In this document: positions 29,704 to 39,023 of the stretch, piece by piece
Layout of the letters: every line of letters begins with the position of its first letter
How positions within the stretch are numbered: position 1 is the stretch's first letter
DNA from: an uncultured bacterium
Lineage (GTDB): Bacteria > Verrucomicrobiota > Verrucomicrobiia > Verrucomicrobiales > DEV007
DNA length: 64,000 bases
Direction of reading: 5' to 3'
Assembly: GCA_963977015.1 (NCBI GenBank)
Contig: CAXBMO010000003.1
Location: 128,001-192,000 of the forward strand
The notes under the pieces: generated by a model
Told to the model about the DNA's origin: nothing
What the model saw: the letters and a program-made list of their open reading frames with translations, nothing else
The model's database searches: none
Position numbers and translations under genes: made by a program

Positions 29704-31041
29704 CTACTTCGCCAGCTCCTTCAACAGCGCCCGGTTCATCCGTACTCCAGCCTCGAAATTCTCGATCGGGAAATTCTCGTTCGGGGCGTGGGCCATGCAG
29801 TCCGGAAGCGCCAAGCCGAGCATCAGCGTATCGACACCGAGAACATCCTTGAAGCTTTGAATGATGGGGATGCTTCCGCCTTCGCGAATCAGCATCGGGT
29901 CCGCGTCGAAGGTGGCTCGAAGCGCTTTTTGAGCGGCCAGCCCGTAGCCGGTGTTCGGATCCATCACGTAGGAGTGACCACTGTGTCCGGGCTCGATTTC
30001 CATCTTGACCGATTCGGGACAATGTTTGCGCAGATGACTCGCCACCAGTTTCTGGATTTCGTCTGGATCCTGATCCGGCACCAAACGGCAGCTCAGTTTC
30101 ACCATCGCTTCTTTCGGAATGACGGTCTTGGAGCCTTCCCCCTGGTAGCCGCCGCCAATTCCATTCACTTCAATCGTCGGGCGCGCCCAACGGCGTTCAT
30201 AGGAATCGAAACCGGTCTCGCCAAAGAGCTGCGGGACTCCGGTTTGCTCGAACATCTCCTGGTCCGCATCGGGCAGGCGGCTCCAGGTTTCCTTCTCCCA
30301 ATCCTGCAGCGGTTGCACCGCATCGTAAAAGCCATCGACCAAGACCCGACCGGTCTTCGCGTCTGACAGGCTTGCCGCGATCTGGGCCGCGACCATGGCC
30401 GGATTTGCCACCGCGCCGCCGTAAATCCCGGAATGAAGATCGACAAAGGGGCCCGTCAGCTTGAACTCGAGACAGGCGATTCCACGGAGGCCGTAGGTCA
30501 GGGTTGGAACACCCGGCGCGACCATTCCCGTGTCAGAAACCGCAACGACGTCGCACTTCAACAGTTCGCGATTGGCTTCGAGAAACGGATCCAGATTCGG
30601 ACTGCCAATTTCCTCCTCACCCTCGATCAAAAACGTAAGATTCACCGGTACGTCCCCATCTTCCATGAGGCTTTGTTCCACGCCGAGAATGTGGGCCAGA
30701 TTTTGGCCCTTATTGTCGGTCGATCCCCTCGCGAATATCACGCCGTCGCGAACGGTCGGCTCAAATGGCGGCGAATCCCACAACTCGACCGGATCGACCG
30801 GTTGGACGTCGTAATGGCCGTAGATCAATACCGTTGGCCTCCCGGCTTTGTGCTCATTCTTGGCGACGACGATCGGGTGCCCCGGAGTCGGGTGAAGGTC
30901 GACGCTCATGCCCATTTTCTGGAACTTGGCCACCAACCATTCGGCGCAGTCACGGGTATCTTTGGTGTGCTGGCTATCGGTCGAGATGCTGGCGAAGCGA
31001 AGGTAGTCAAAGAGTTGGTCGAGGCGGTCCTGGGCGGTCAT
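29704..31041 (-). CDS. M20 family dipeptidase
   Basis: YGHYDVQP, ARGSTDNKG, EGEEEIGS, DLHSG, GGSIP, AHAPNE. Confidence 0.93.
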   Translation of the reverse strand: MTAQDRLDQLFDYLRFASISTDSQHTKDTRDCAEWLVAKFQKMGMSVDLHPTPGHPIVVAKNEHKAGRPTVLIYGHYDVQPVDPVELWDSPPFEPTVRDGVIFARGSTDNKGQNLAHILGVEQSLMEDGDVPVNLTFLIEGEEEIGSPNLDPFLEANRELLKCDVVAVSDTGMVAPGVPTLTYGLRGIACLEFKLTGPFVDLHSGIYGGAVANPAMVAAQIAASLSDAKTGRVLVDGFYDAVQPLQDWEKETWSRLPDADQEMFEQTGVPQLFGETGFDSYERRWARPTIEVNGIGGGYQGEGSKTVIPKEAMVKLSCRLVPDQDPDEIQKLVASHLRKHCPESVKMEIEPGHSGHSYVMDPNTGYGLAAQKALRATFDADPMLIREGGSIPIIQSFKDVLGVDTLMLGLALPDCMAHAPNENFPIENFEAGVRMNRALLKELAK

Positions 31042-31131
31042 TGTCTACGAATCGTTCCTTGCTTCACGCGTCGCAACCGTTGGTTGGAAAAAAGGGGCCA
31101 ATTCGATGAAATGAAGGCGTGCATCCAACCC

Positions 31132-31818
31132 TCAATCACCGCTCTCAAAGCGGTAACCGAATTCGCGAATCGTTTTGATGAAGGTCGGGTTGCCTGGATC
31201 GGGTTCAATCTTCTTACGCAAGACGCGGACGAAGCGATCGATGCTGCGGGAAGTGACCCGGCTATCGAAACCCCAGACGGCATTCATGATTTCGACCCGA
31301 CTCAGGGCCTTGCCCGGTTTGCTCACAAAATAGGCCAACAAGTCATACTCCTTGGGGGAAAGTTCGAAGGTCTTGTCTCCCGCCCGCAATTCGTGGGCCT
31401 CAGTGTCCAGGGTCCACTTCCCGAAGTTCGAAACCGTGGGCCGCGACTGCTCTTGTTCAGTTCTGCGGAGAACGGCTTCTGACCGGGCCATTAATTCGCG
31501 AATGCTGAAAGGCTTGGTCATGTAATCGTCGGCTCCCAACCCCAATCCCAGCACGACATCGGACTCCTCACTCTTGGCCGTCAGCATTATCACCGGAATC
31601 CTGACATCCTCCCGGCGCAGGGCCTGGCACAATTCGTAGCCGTTCACGATCGGGAGCATGATGTCGAGGATCAGGAGATCCGGTCGAATCTGCATGGCCT
31701 TGTTGAGGCCGGTCTTTCCGTCGCTTGCGAATTCGACGTGGTAACCTCGCTCCCCAAAGTTATCGGCCAAAACCTTCAACAGTGTGGTGTCGTCTTCAAC
31801 GATGAGAACCGTTTTCAT
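31132..31818 (-). CDS. OmpR/PhoB-family response regulator
   Basis: IVEDD, LDIMLP, GADDYMTKPF, C-terminal wHTH (LRKKIE...GYRF). Confidence 0.95.
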   Translation of the reverse strand: MKTVLIVEDDTTLLKVLADNFGERGYHVEFASDGKTGLNKAMQIRPDLLILDIMLPIVNGYELCQALRREDVRIPVIMLTAKSEESDVVLGLGLGADDYMTKPFSIRELMARSEAVLRRTEQEQSRPTVSNFGKWTLDTEAHELRAGDKTFELSPKEYDLLAYFVSKPGKALSRVEIMNAVWGFDSRVTSRSIDRFVRVLRKKIEPDPGNPTFIKTIREFGYRFESGD

Positions 31819-33008
31819 TGCGGTAGAGTTAGGGTGAGTTTTGCGCCTCCAAGATCAGACTCCGAGATTTCCAAAGTGCCCGAAAGCGCCTTCGCAAGCG
31901 AGCGGCAAATGTGAAGACCGAGCCCGCATCCTTCCCCTTGTCGACTAAGTCGTTGATCGATTTGATAAAAGCGCCGAAACACATTTCTGCGTTCCTCGAC
32001 CGGGATTCCCGGGCCATCATCTTCAACGCTGATTCGCGCCGCTTCATGGTCAACCGACGCCGACAGTCGAATCGTGGGACTTTTGGAACCGTGCTTCATC
32101 GCGTTGTCGATCAGGTTTGTAAGAATGGTGAGTAACGCATCCGGGCTCCCAACGATCTCCGACTCGGCCGATGGCGGTAGCACCACTTCCAACGTTGCTT
32201 TTGAATCGTCAGAAATGGGCTGCATCACCTCCGCAGCTTCCCGAATCACCTCACTCAGAACCAGCGGGCGTTTCACGAGGAGACTGCCGCCACGTTCGAG
32301 CCGATTGATCGTCAAAAAATTATCGACCAATCGCATCAACCTGGAATTTTCGCGGCGGAGCAAATGGTGATATTCATTGCGCTTGGCAACCTGGGCTTCA
32401 GGGAGGGTTTCGAGGGAATCGGTGATGGCACGGATGCCGGCGAGAGGAGTCCGGATTTCGTGCGAAAACGTCGAGAGCACGTCACTTCGCAGGTCTTCGA
32501 GCCGCAAACTGCGTAGCAAAATCCAGCCACAGGTGCCCGCCATGGTAAGCGTGGTGAGGAGAAGGATGGCAGGAAGTCGCCACACTTCCAATCGGGCGCC
32601 GCGCAGTCCCTCGACAAGGTCATCGCTCATCAGGCCGGAGACACGAACCCACCCTTGGATCGATTCCGTGTTGATGGGAACCACGACCTCATCCTCAAGT
32701 TGAGGTGGTGGCTGCTTTGATTCCAGCAGTTCGATCACCGGCCTTTCGCCAAACACCTGGCGCAAGTTTTTCTCCAAAACGACGGCTGGTGATTGGGTGC
32801 CGCCGGGCTGTGTTTCCAACCGATCGATCGCCCGAATCAAGGCGGATTGGTAAACCTGCCGGACGGCGGTCTCAGCTTCGGTGCGATCGCGAGCCAAAAG
32901 CACCATCCGTTCCCTCAGCAACACTGCTGTCGGGATCAATGGGAGAAGCGCCAACAGTGCGAGCATTGCGTGGATCTGGCGACGCTGGAGTTGAACTGGA
33001 CTCGACAC
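31815..33008 (-). CDS. Sensor histidine kinase
   Basis: Two TM helices; SHEIRTPL, NLIDNAMKH, DDGPGI, GLGL. Start (GTG 33008) is uncertain. Confidence 0.92.
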   Translation of the reverse strand: MSSPVQLQRRQIHAMLALLALLPLIPTAVLLRERMVLLARDRTEAETAVRQVYQSALIRAIDRLETQPGGTQSPAVVLEKNLRQVFGERPVIELLESKQPPPQLEDEVVVPINTESIQGWVRVSGLMSDDLVEGLRGARLEVWRLPAILLLTTLTMAGTCGWILLRSLRLEDLRSDVLSTFSHEIRTPLAGIRAITDSLETLPEAQVAKRNEYHHLLRRENSRLMRLVDNFLTINRLERGGSLLVKRPLVLSEVIREAAEVMQPISDDSKATLEVVLPPSAESEIVGSPDALLTILTNLIDNAMKHGSKSPTIRLSASVDHEAARISVEDDGPGIPVEERRNVFRRFYQIDQRLSRQGEGCGLGLHICRSLAKALSGTLEISESDLGGAKLTLTLPQ

Positions 33009-33042
33009 ACCTAAATCTGGTTGGCGGAGCGGAGTTTTCAAA

Positions 33043-33744
33043 CTATTCCCCGGCTGGATCGAGGAGTTCGACACCGTCGGGCATGTAGGAATCAATCTCC
33101 AAGGCGTTCTCCGTATCTTCGTCGAGGCGGGGAATGAAGCGCTTTTCACCATCCCGCTTCATTCGCTCCTTGGTTACGCTTCCGTCCACTCGAACGACGA
33201 TTGCCTGCCTTCCGGCCCATGCCCCGCCTTTTTCGCCCACCTTGGAATGATAGAATCCGCTTCCATCGGTGCCATCGACGATCAAGGGCCAAAAGGAACG
33301 CGATGTCGTGAGGAGCCCTGAGATATAGGCAAAGTGATTCTCCCCCGGTTCCAACGCCTGCCCTTCGCTGAACCTGCCATCGGCCCGCTGGCCCCAAGCG
33401 GATGCCGAGACCGCGAAAACGCGCTCGTTGTCGATCAGGTCGGGAATGAGGTGCCGAAAGACATCGTTCGAGCTACTGATGCTCACGCCTTCGGATTCCA
33501 GGATTTCCCGGTTCGGAAAGATTCCTTCGAAATCCTGCGCCCAGGAATTGAGCGCGATTCCGATGCCGCGGGCATGCTGGGCGGCTTGAGTTTGGCGGGC
33601 GGTTTGAATCGCTGACTGGATGCCCGGCAAGGCAGCGGCGCTGAGAATCGCGATGACCGCCATCGTGGCCAGGAGTTCGATGAGCGTGAAGCCGGCCCGG
33701 ACTTCGGGGGATTGATGTGGCCGTGAGGTTTGTGGTCTGTTCAT
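33043..33744 (-). CDS. Prepilin-type (class III signal) pilin/pseudopilin-like protein
   Basis: RAG|FTLIELL motif followed by a hydrophobic helix; C-terminal AIVVRVDGSV. Confidence 0.88.
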   Translation of the reverse strand: MNRPQTSRPHQSPEVRAGFTLIELLATMAVIAILSAAALPGIQSAIQTARQTQAAQHARGIGIALNSWAQDFEGIFPNREILESEGVSISSSNDVFRHLIPDLIDNERVFAVSASAWGQRADGRFSEGQALEPGENHFAYISGLLTTSRSFWPLIVDGTDGSGFYHSKVGEKGGAWAGRQAIVVRVDGSVTKERMKRDGEKRFIPRLDEDTENALEIDSYMPDGVELLDPAGE

Positions 33745-33767
33745 GATGGAACCAGAATTCCAGGCGC

Positions 33768-33785
33768 TCGTTACGGCTTCGTTAC
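33768..33785 (-). promoter_or_regulatory. Candidate OmpR-family binding box (GTAACGA-N4-GTAACGA)
   Basis: Perfect 7-bp direct repeat with 11-bp period, 24-41 nt upstream of the pilin-HK-RR operon. Confidence 0.55.
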
Positions 33786-33799
33786 CGGGGCGTTTTTAG

Positions 33800-35059
33800 T
33801 TGGCGAAATGGAGGGCGGGAGCATGCCGGTTGCATTTGCCTCACGCCAAGATTACACAACCCGCTTTGACGGCCTCTGAAATCACATCCCGAACCTTTCG
33901 ATGGGAAGCCATGCGTGCCGCTTCATCCGGGATTCTGGAAACCGCGCTTTTGACGTTCGCGTTGCTGATTGCGATCGAGGCGTTTGAGAGTGGCAACACG
34001 ATCAAGGCCTTCCTGCTGGCGAGTCCGCCCATTGGATTAATCGCCACGCTCTTTGTGGTTCCACTCATGCGCCGGCTAAAGCGGACGGTCACGAGAATGG
34101 CGATGGAGATCAATTTGGTGGGCGCATGCGGATTCTTTGTCGCGGCAACCTTTTCGAATTCGATCTGGTGTTATGCCATTGGGCTCAGCCTCGGCTTTGT
34201 CTGTTCGTCGCTCCAAATCCCGCTCCACACGCATTGGCTACGGAGCAATTACCCGGCCAAGGATCGAGGCAGGTTGTTCGGTGGCGCCAGTTTTGTTCGC
34301 GCGGTCTCAAGCATGATTTTCGGATTGCTTGGGGGGTGGATGTTGGAACGAGACTTCACCAGTTACCCTACTCTGATCGCGATTTTCGGCTGCTGCATGT
34401 TGTTCTCTGCCTTTGCGATTTCCCGCCTGCCCGTTCCCTCCTACGCCCCCGCGGCGACTCCCGGATTGTTTCAAGCGATGAAATGGATTCGGATCGACCG
34501 CAGATTCCGCTGGGTCCTCATTTCGGCGATGGCGATGGGCTTCGGAGTTCTCACCTCCGCCGCGTTGCGTGTGGACTATGTCGCCAATCCCGAGTTTGGG
34601 CTCGATTTCAGCGAAACGCGGGTTGCCCTGCTCACCTCAACCCTGCCGGCGTTGATGCGAATCCTGACGACGTTTTTCTGGGGGATCATGTTTGATCGGA
34701 TTAACTTTATTGTTCTCCGCATCGTTCTAAACATCTTCTTCGGTCTGTCCCTGTTTCTCTATTTCTGGACCGAGCAGTTCTGGGTAATCGCCATTGGTGC
34801 CGCCCTGGCCGGAGTGGCGCGGGGCGGAGGTGAGATCGTGTGGAATCTTTGGGTGACCAAACTTGCTCCGGAAGATCACACGGCGGATTACATGTCCGTG
34901 CACACCTTCCTAACTGGGCTGCGGGGATTTATGGCGCCGTTTCTTGGCTTCTCGGTCGTTGCCGCGCTTTCGCTCGACGGCATGATTTTCATGTGCCTCG
35001 GCTTCATCCTGCTTTCAATTCTGATCCTGGTTCCCCTGGCGAGGAATTGGGAGAAGTGA
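33800..35059 (+). CDS. MFS transporter
   Basis: About 12 hydrophobic helices; YP..DRGRLFG motif. Start is uncertain. Confidence 0.85.
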   Translation: MAKWRAGACRLHLPHAKITQPALTASEITSRTFRWEAMRAASSGILETALLTFALLIAIEAFESGNTIKAFLLASPPIGLIATLFVVPLMRRLKRTVTRMAMEINLVGACGFFVAATFSNSIWCYAIGLSLGFVCSSLQIPLHTHWLRSNYPAKDRGRLFGGASFVRAVSSMIFGLLGGWMLERDFTSYPTLIAIFGCCMLFSAFAISRLPVPSYAPAATPGLFQAMKWIRIDRRFRWVLISAMAMGFGVLTSAALRVDYVANPEFGLDFSETRVALLTSTLPALMRILTTFFWGIMFDRINFIVLRIVLNIFFGLSLFLYFWTEQFWVIAIGAALAGVARGGGEIVWNLWVTKLAPEDHTADYMSVHTFLTGLRGFMAPFLGFSVVAALSLDGMIFMCLGFILLSILILVPLARNWEK

Positions 35060-35062
35060 CCA

Positions 35063-37573
35063 TCAGTTGCCATCGAGGATCTTTTTCGCCTCGTCAGGGC
35101 TCAATCCCCCGACCGGAAGCGGATAACCAAGCGTGTCCCCATTGGGCGTGAAGCCATCGCCATCCAGGTCCACGAAAACCGGGTTGTTATAGACACACGG
35201 CTGGATGCTGCGCTGGGGGCTGGTCCCGAAGCCCTTCTCCAAGGTCGAGTTCTCGCCGATGCCGACGACAATGAGGTGAGAATCCTCTTCGAGCTCGATC
35301 TCAAGGGTTTGGTCAAACCGAATCGTCCCATCCTGGAACCAGTCCGGATGGCTCTCCTTCGTGAAATTGAGGGTTGGTTCTTGTCGGCCATTGACGAGGA
35401 CTTGAACCCGATCCACGTCATACCAATCCGCGCACTGGATCTGAACCCCCAGTTTCAATGGCCCCGTTCCCGTGATCGTCTCGCCTGGCAACACGTCCTC
35501 TTCTCCCAAATTGAGTTTCATGAACGGCCCACTGGATAGCATCATGTGCCCAGCGCGGGCATGCTGGACCATTTCCTTCCAGTCGACTTGGGCCGGATCG
35601 TCCGTGGAGCTCGGAAGATAAGTCCGCCAACTTCCAACGCCATTCCCATACACGGTATGAGCGTCAGCCACGGCGACAGCCCACACCTGCGTCCCCTGGT
35701 TCAGTAACTGAAGCCAGACAAATTCGCGGAAGTGGTCGATTCTCGACCCCTTCGCCAAGGGATCGCGCAACCGGAACGGTGCGGTCTGCAGGATATTTGT
35801 CGTGCGATAATTCTGCGTCTCAATACCATCACAAAAGGCCATCAACTGGGAGAATCCACCGTCGGCCACACCGTCTTTGTTTCGGTCGATAAAGTTCTCG
35901 CTCATATCGGGATGATTGATCTGAGTCCAGCGATTGGGATCCCAACCACCCAGATTTCGGAGGCGATGCATATTGACCCGGGGATCGTTTTCCCAAACGG
36001 GTGCCCCACCATCCTGAGTTTTTGGAACGGGCGTCAGCGGAAATGCGTTGATATGCGCGCCCCGTCCCGTCAGCTCGATCCCGGGAATCGTGGAGATGAA
36101 CGGCGCCAATCCAAGCCGGTCGATATGCGGTTTCCAGTCATAGATTCGGTTGTGTTCCGTGGTGGGCGCAAACTCCAGATGTTCGGCGGCCAGATTGATG
36201 ACTCGGTCGTCAATGCCGCAGACGTTGTCGCCGCTGGGGGTCGAGTGGTTGTGAAAGTCAGCGCTCACCCAGCCCTCCGATTGGATTTGCCGATCCAACT
36301 TGGCAACCACATCGACCGTTTCTCCCACACCCAGAGCGATGGATTTCTCGAAGTGACCATATTCGGGGCCACGCGTGACGACGACGCGGTATTCCCCCGG
36401 AGGAAGCTTCACCAGAAAGTTCCCCTTGGCTGAATGCCACTGGTCTGCGCAGCCGGCTGCTCGGATGGTCGGTCCGAGATTGGGATTGGAAGTTCCGTTG
36501 ATCCCATGAAACTGAACTTTTGATGGGATCGCATTCCCCTCATCATCATGAACCTGGAAGTTGACGCCGGAGTAAGGCTTCAATTTCGCAACAACCGGCA
36601 CCGCTGAATCTCCTACGGTTACTTTTGTGGAAACCCCTTCCCGCCCGGGCGCGGAAACGGAAACCGGAAAGTCACCCTTGAGAAAGGGGATCTCCAACGA
36701 TCCATCCGGTTTTGGGTAGGCCGGGATTTTCGTTCGTGAGGTCGTTTCCAAACCAACCACGGCATCGTCCACCGGATGGCCCGCCTCATCCGCGACCAAC
36801 ATGCTGAGATTGCCCCCTTCCTTCCTTTCATTTGCCAAAATCCCAACCGCTTCCGCTGGAGAATAGCCAACCGCCATGAAACGACGAATGGTAAGGGTTT
36901 CGCCGGCTCCAATCGGCAACTTTGCATCCTTGACGCTCTTCTCGGAAGGCTCCAGCCAACCGAAGGCATAACCACACAAATAGGAAGGGTCGACGGAATC
37001 AGCCCAGTGATAAGCACCGAAGATTCCTTGCTTCTCAAATCGCGTCCAATGATCTCTCACCATGACCTCGCTCTCACGGTCCAACTCATTGGTAAAGGTT
37101 GTGGTGATGAAGAGTCCGTTCATGCCGTCACGCACCCGGTATTCGTGCCGAACCGCGACGCCACCATGCTTTGCCGCCGTGATCACCACTTCGACCGCAG
37201 CCTCGTCCTTGTCATTGTCCTCCACGATTTTGACCCAGGATACTTCCCCTCTCAGGTTGCAGGGGCTGAAGACCGTCATCTGATCGTTGTCTTCCCCTCG
37301 AATCGTCAGGTCATAGAGGCAACCGGGAGTCTCTCCGCCCGAACCGAAAAAGGTTCCCATGTTCGCTCGGCGATGCGGAGCATTGTGGGCAATCACTGCT
37401 TCGATGCGGTCCGTCCGGAGAAGGAAGTCTCCCACAATACCGTCCGCCTCGCGGCCTCCCGGCAATTCATCGACGTTTCCGTGATGGATCTCGATCGCTT
37501 CAGCTGCAAAGCCGGCTCCAGTAAAACCAAGCCCAACTATTACCGAACAAATGACAAAGGGGTTTAGAGTCAT
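35063..37573 (-). CDS. Secreted CehA/McbA-like PHP-domain metallohydrolase with Ig-like/carboxypeptidase-regulatory domains
   Basis: Signal peptide; RGPEY; PHP metal ligands DFHNHS..SGD, TEHN, NHP, ADAH. Confidence 0.8.
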   Translation of the reverse strand: MTLNPFVICSVIVGLGFTGAGFAAEAIEIHHGNVDELPGGREADGIVGDFLLRTDRIEAVIAHNAPHRRANMGTFFGSGGETPGCLYDLTIRGEDNDQMTVFSPCNLRGEVSWVKIVEDNDKDEAAVEVVITAAKHGGVAVRHEYRVRDGMNGLFITTTFTNELDRESEVMVRDHWTRFEKQGIFGAYHWADSVDPSYLCGYAFGWLEPSEKSVKDAKLPIGAGETLTIRRFMAVGYSPAEAVGILANERKEGGNLSMLVADEAGHPVDDAVVGLETTSRTKIPAYPKPDGSLEIPFLKGDFPVSVSAPGREGVSTKVTVGDSAVPVVAKLKPYSGVNFQVHDDEGNAIPSKVQFHGINGTSNPNLGPTIRAAGCADQWHSAKGNFLVKLPPGEYRVVVTRGPEYGHFEKSIALGVGETVDVVAKLDRQIQSEGWVSADFHNHSTPSGDNVCGIDDRVINLAAEHLEFAPTTEHNRIYDWKPHIDRLGLAPFISTIPGIELTGRGAHINAFPLTPVPKTQDGGAPVWENDPRVNMHRLRNLGGWDPNRWTQINHPDMSENFIDRNKDGVADGGFSQLMAFCDGIETQNYRTTNILQTAPFRLRDPLAKGSRIDHFREFVWLQLLNQGTQVWAVAVADAHTVYGNGVGSWRTYLPSSTDDPAQVDWKEMVQHARAGHMMLSSGPFMKLNLGEEDVLPGETITGTGPLKLGVQIQCADWYDVDRVQVLVNGRQEPTLNFTKESHPDWFQDGTIRFDQTLEIELEEDSHLIVVGIGENSTLEKGFGTSPQRSIQPCVYNNPVFVDLDGDGFTPNGDTLGYPLPVGGLSPDEAKKILDGN

Positions 37574-37638
37574 GCCCCAACCCTAGCAATTCGGATGAGG
37601 TTGGGAAGCACGAAATCTGCTATCTCAACCTGGTCGGC

Positions 37639-38880
37639 CTAACTGATGAGACGGGCCTGCAAGGCTTCAACTTCCCGCTCCAGGTCCATCCTTCTCCGTT
37701 CGTAATTGTCCATGAAGATTCGATACTCCCGACTCTCCTCTTCCAGTTGTTCCCTCTCTTCCCGGGTCAGAGCCAAACGGTTTTCAAAGAAGGCAAGCTC
37801 GTCTTTTTTCTTGTTCAGCTTTCGCTCAACTTCCGCCTCAAGACGAACCGCATCATCACAAATCGCCTGCGCCTCTGCGGAACGCGACTGAATTTGCTCC
37901 AGGTTGGTTTGCGCGTCTTCCAGATCACTCTTCAAGGTAGCCAACTGGTTGGTCAATTCTTCGTGGGATCGAATCAGTTCCGGGATCTCGGTTTTGAGTT
38001 GCTTGACGGCATCTTCCTTAACGCTCTTCTCTTTCCCGGCTTCCTCCAACTCGGCCCTTATGACCTTCAGGTTTCCGCTGTTGGTGGCCAGTTCCTTTCG
38101 AACCTCTCCTAACTCCTTCGTTGTGCTTTCCAGCTCCGCCTTGCTTTTCTCGATGCTCTCCTTCACCGTCGAAAGCACTTCTTTCTGTTTGGCGATTTCC
38201 TTCTCGAGAGCGTCGCGTTCACTCGAAACTTCCTTCTTCTTTCGCTCAAATTCTTCCTTCTCCTCCTCCATTTTTGCGGCCTCGCGCTTCCGATCGCTTT
38301 CCAACCTCTCGCGTTCTTCCTCGGTTTTCCGCATCTGTTTCTCTACGTCCCTCCGCTTGGCGGCCATGAGTTCCTCTTCCTTCTTGAGCGATTCCTCTCG
38401 CTTCGCAACCTGTCGCTTGCGGTCATCCAATGCTTTGCTGGCCTTGGCAAATTCCCGCTGTTCCTTGCGAAAGTCTTCGACATCATCTGACGCGGATTCG
38501 TCAGGACTTTTCCCCGAAGGCACGACAACGGCACCAACCAAACCGATTGTGATGCGATCGTTGAGCTTCACGGTTGCCCGGTCAATTCGGATGTCATTGA
38601 CCGAGGTCCCATTGTAAGAATCCAGATCGACGACTTCGAAAGCGGTTTCGCCGAACTTCCGCAGCTCACAATGATGGCCAGAAACGCACTGATCATTGAT
38701 CACCACATCATTGTCGGAAGAGCGCCCCACCGTCATGACGGGTTTTGCCAGCGGACAAATGAACCGGGTTCCATCGAGATTCTCTATCACCAAATCGAAC
38801 GCGCCTGTCTCTGAGGCTTGCAGGCTGGATCGTTCGGAAGTTTGACGTCCTACGGGGACCGTATTCTTACTGGGTGTCAT
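37639..38880 (-). CDS. FHA domain plus long coiled-coil protein
   Basis: GRSSDND, VSGHH and DLDSYNGT FHA motifs followed by about 270 aa of E/K/R-rich heptads. Confidence 0.88.
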   Translation of the reverse strand: MTPSKNTVPVGRQTSERSSLQASETGAFDLVIENLDGTRFICPLAKPVMTVGRSSDNDVVINDQCVSGHHCELRKFGETAFEVVDLDSYNGTSVNDIRIDRATVKLNDRITIGLVGAVVVPSGKSPDESASDDVEDFRKEQREFAKASKALDDRKRQVAKREESLKKEEELMAAKRRDVEKQMRKTEEERERLESDRKREAAKMEEEKEEFERKKKEVSSERDALEKEIAKQKEVLSTVKESIEKSKAELESTTKELGEVRKELATNSGNLKVIRAELEEAGKEKSVKEDAVKQLKTEIPELIRSHEELTNQLATLKSDLEDAQTNLEQIQSRSAEAQAICDDAVRLEAEVERKLNKKKDELAFFENRLALTREEREQLEEESREYRIFMDNYERRRMDLEREVEALQARLIS

Positions 38881-39023
38881 GCGCTTGGTTGTGATCGTGA
38901 ACAACAATCATACAATCTGATCAGTTACAGATCGAATACCTGATCCTCATACGGCAGGTGAGCTTCCGCAAGCCTGCAAAGCCACTTCCGTAAACTTTTT
39001 CGGGCTAACGCTGTCGCCCAAGC

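Noticed and set aside
30433-31482. 349-aa plus-strand ORF (similar long antisense ORFs at 3868-4737, 7809-8714, 56214-57209)
   Set aside because: They overlap well-supported genes on the opposite strand and lack protein-like motifs.
38950-39020. GCAAAGCC...CGGGCTAA reminiscent of a c-di-GMP-I riboswitch
   Set aside because: Lacks the GGCAAA-stem-GAAA P2 element and is on the opposite strand to the flanking genes.
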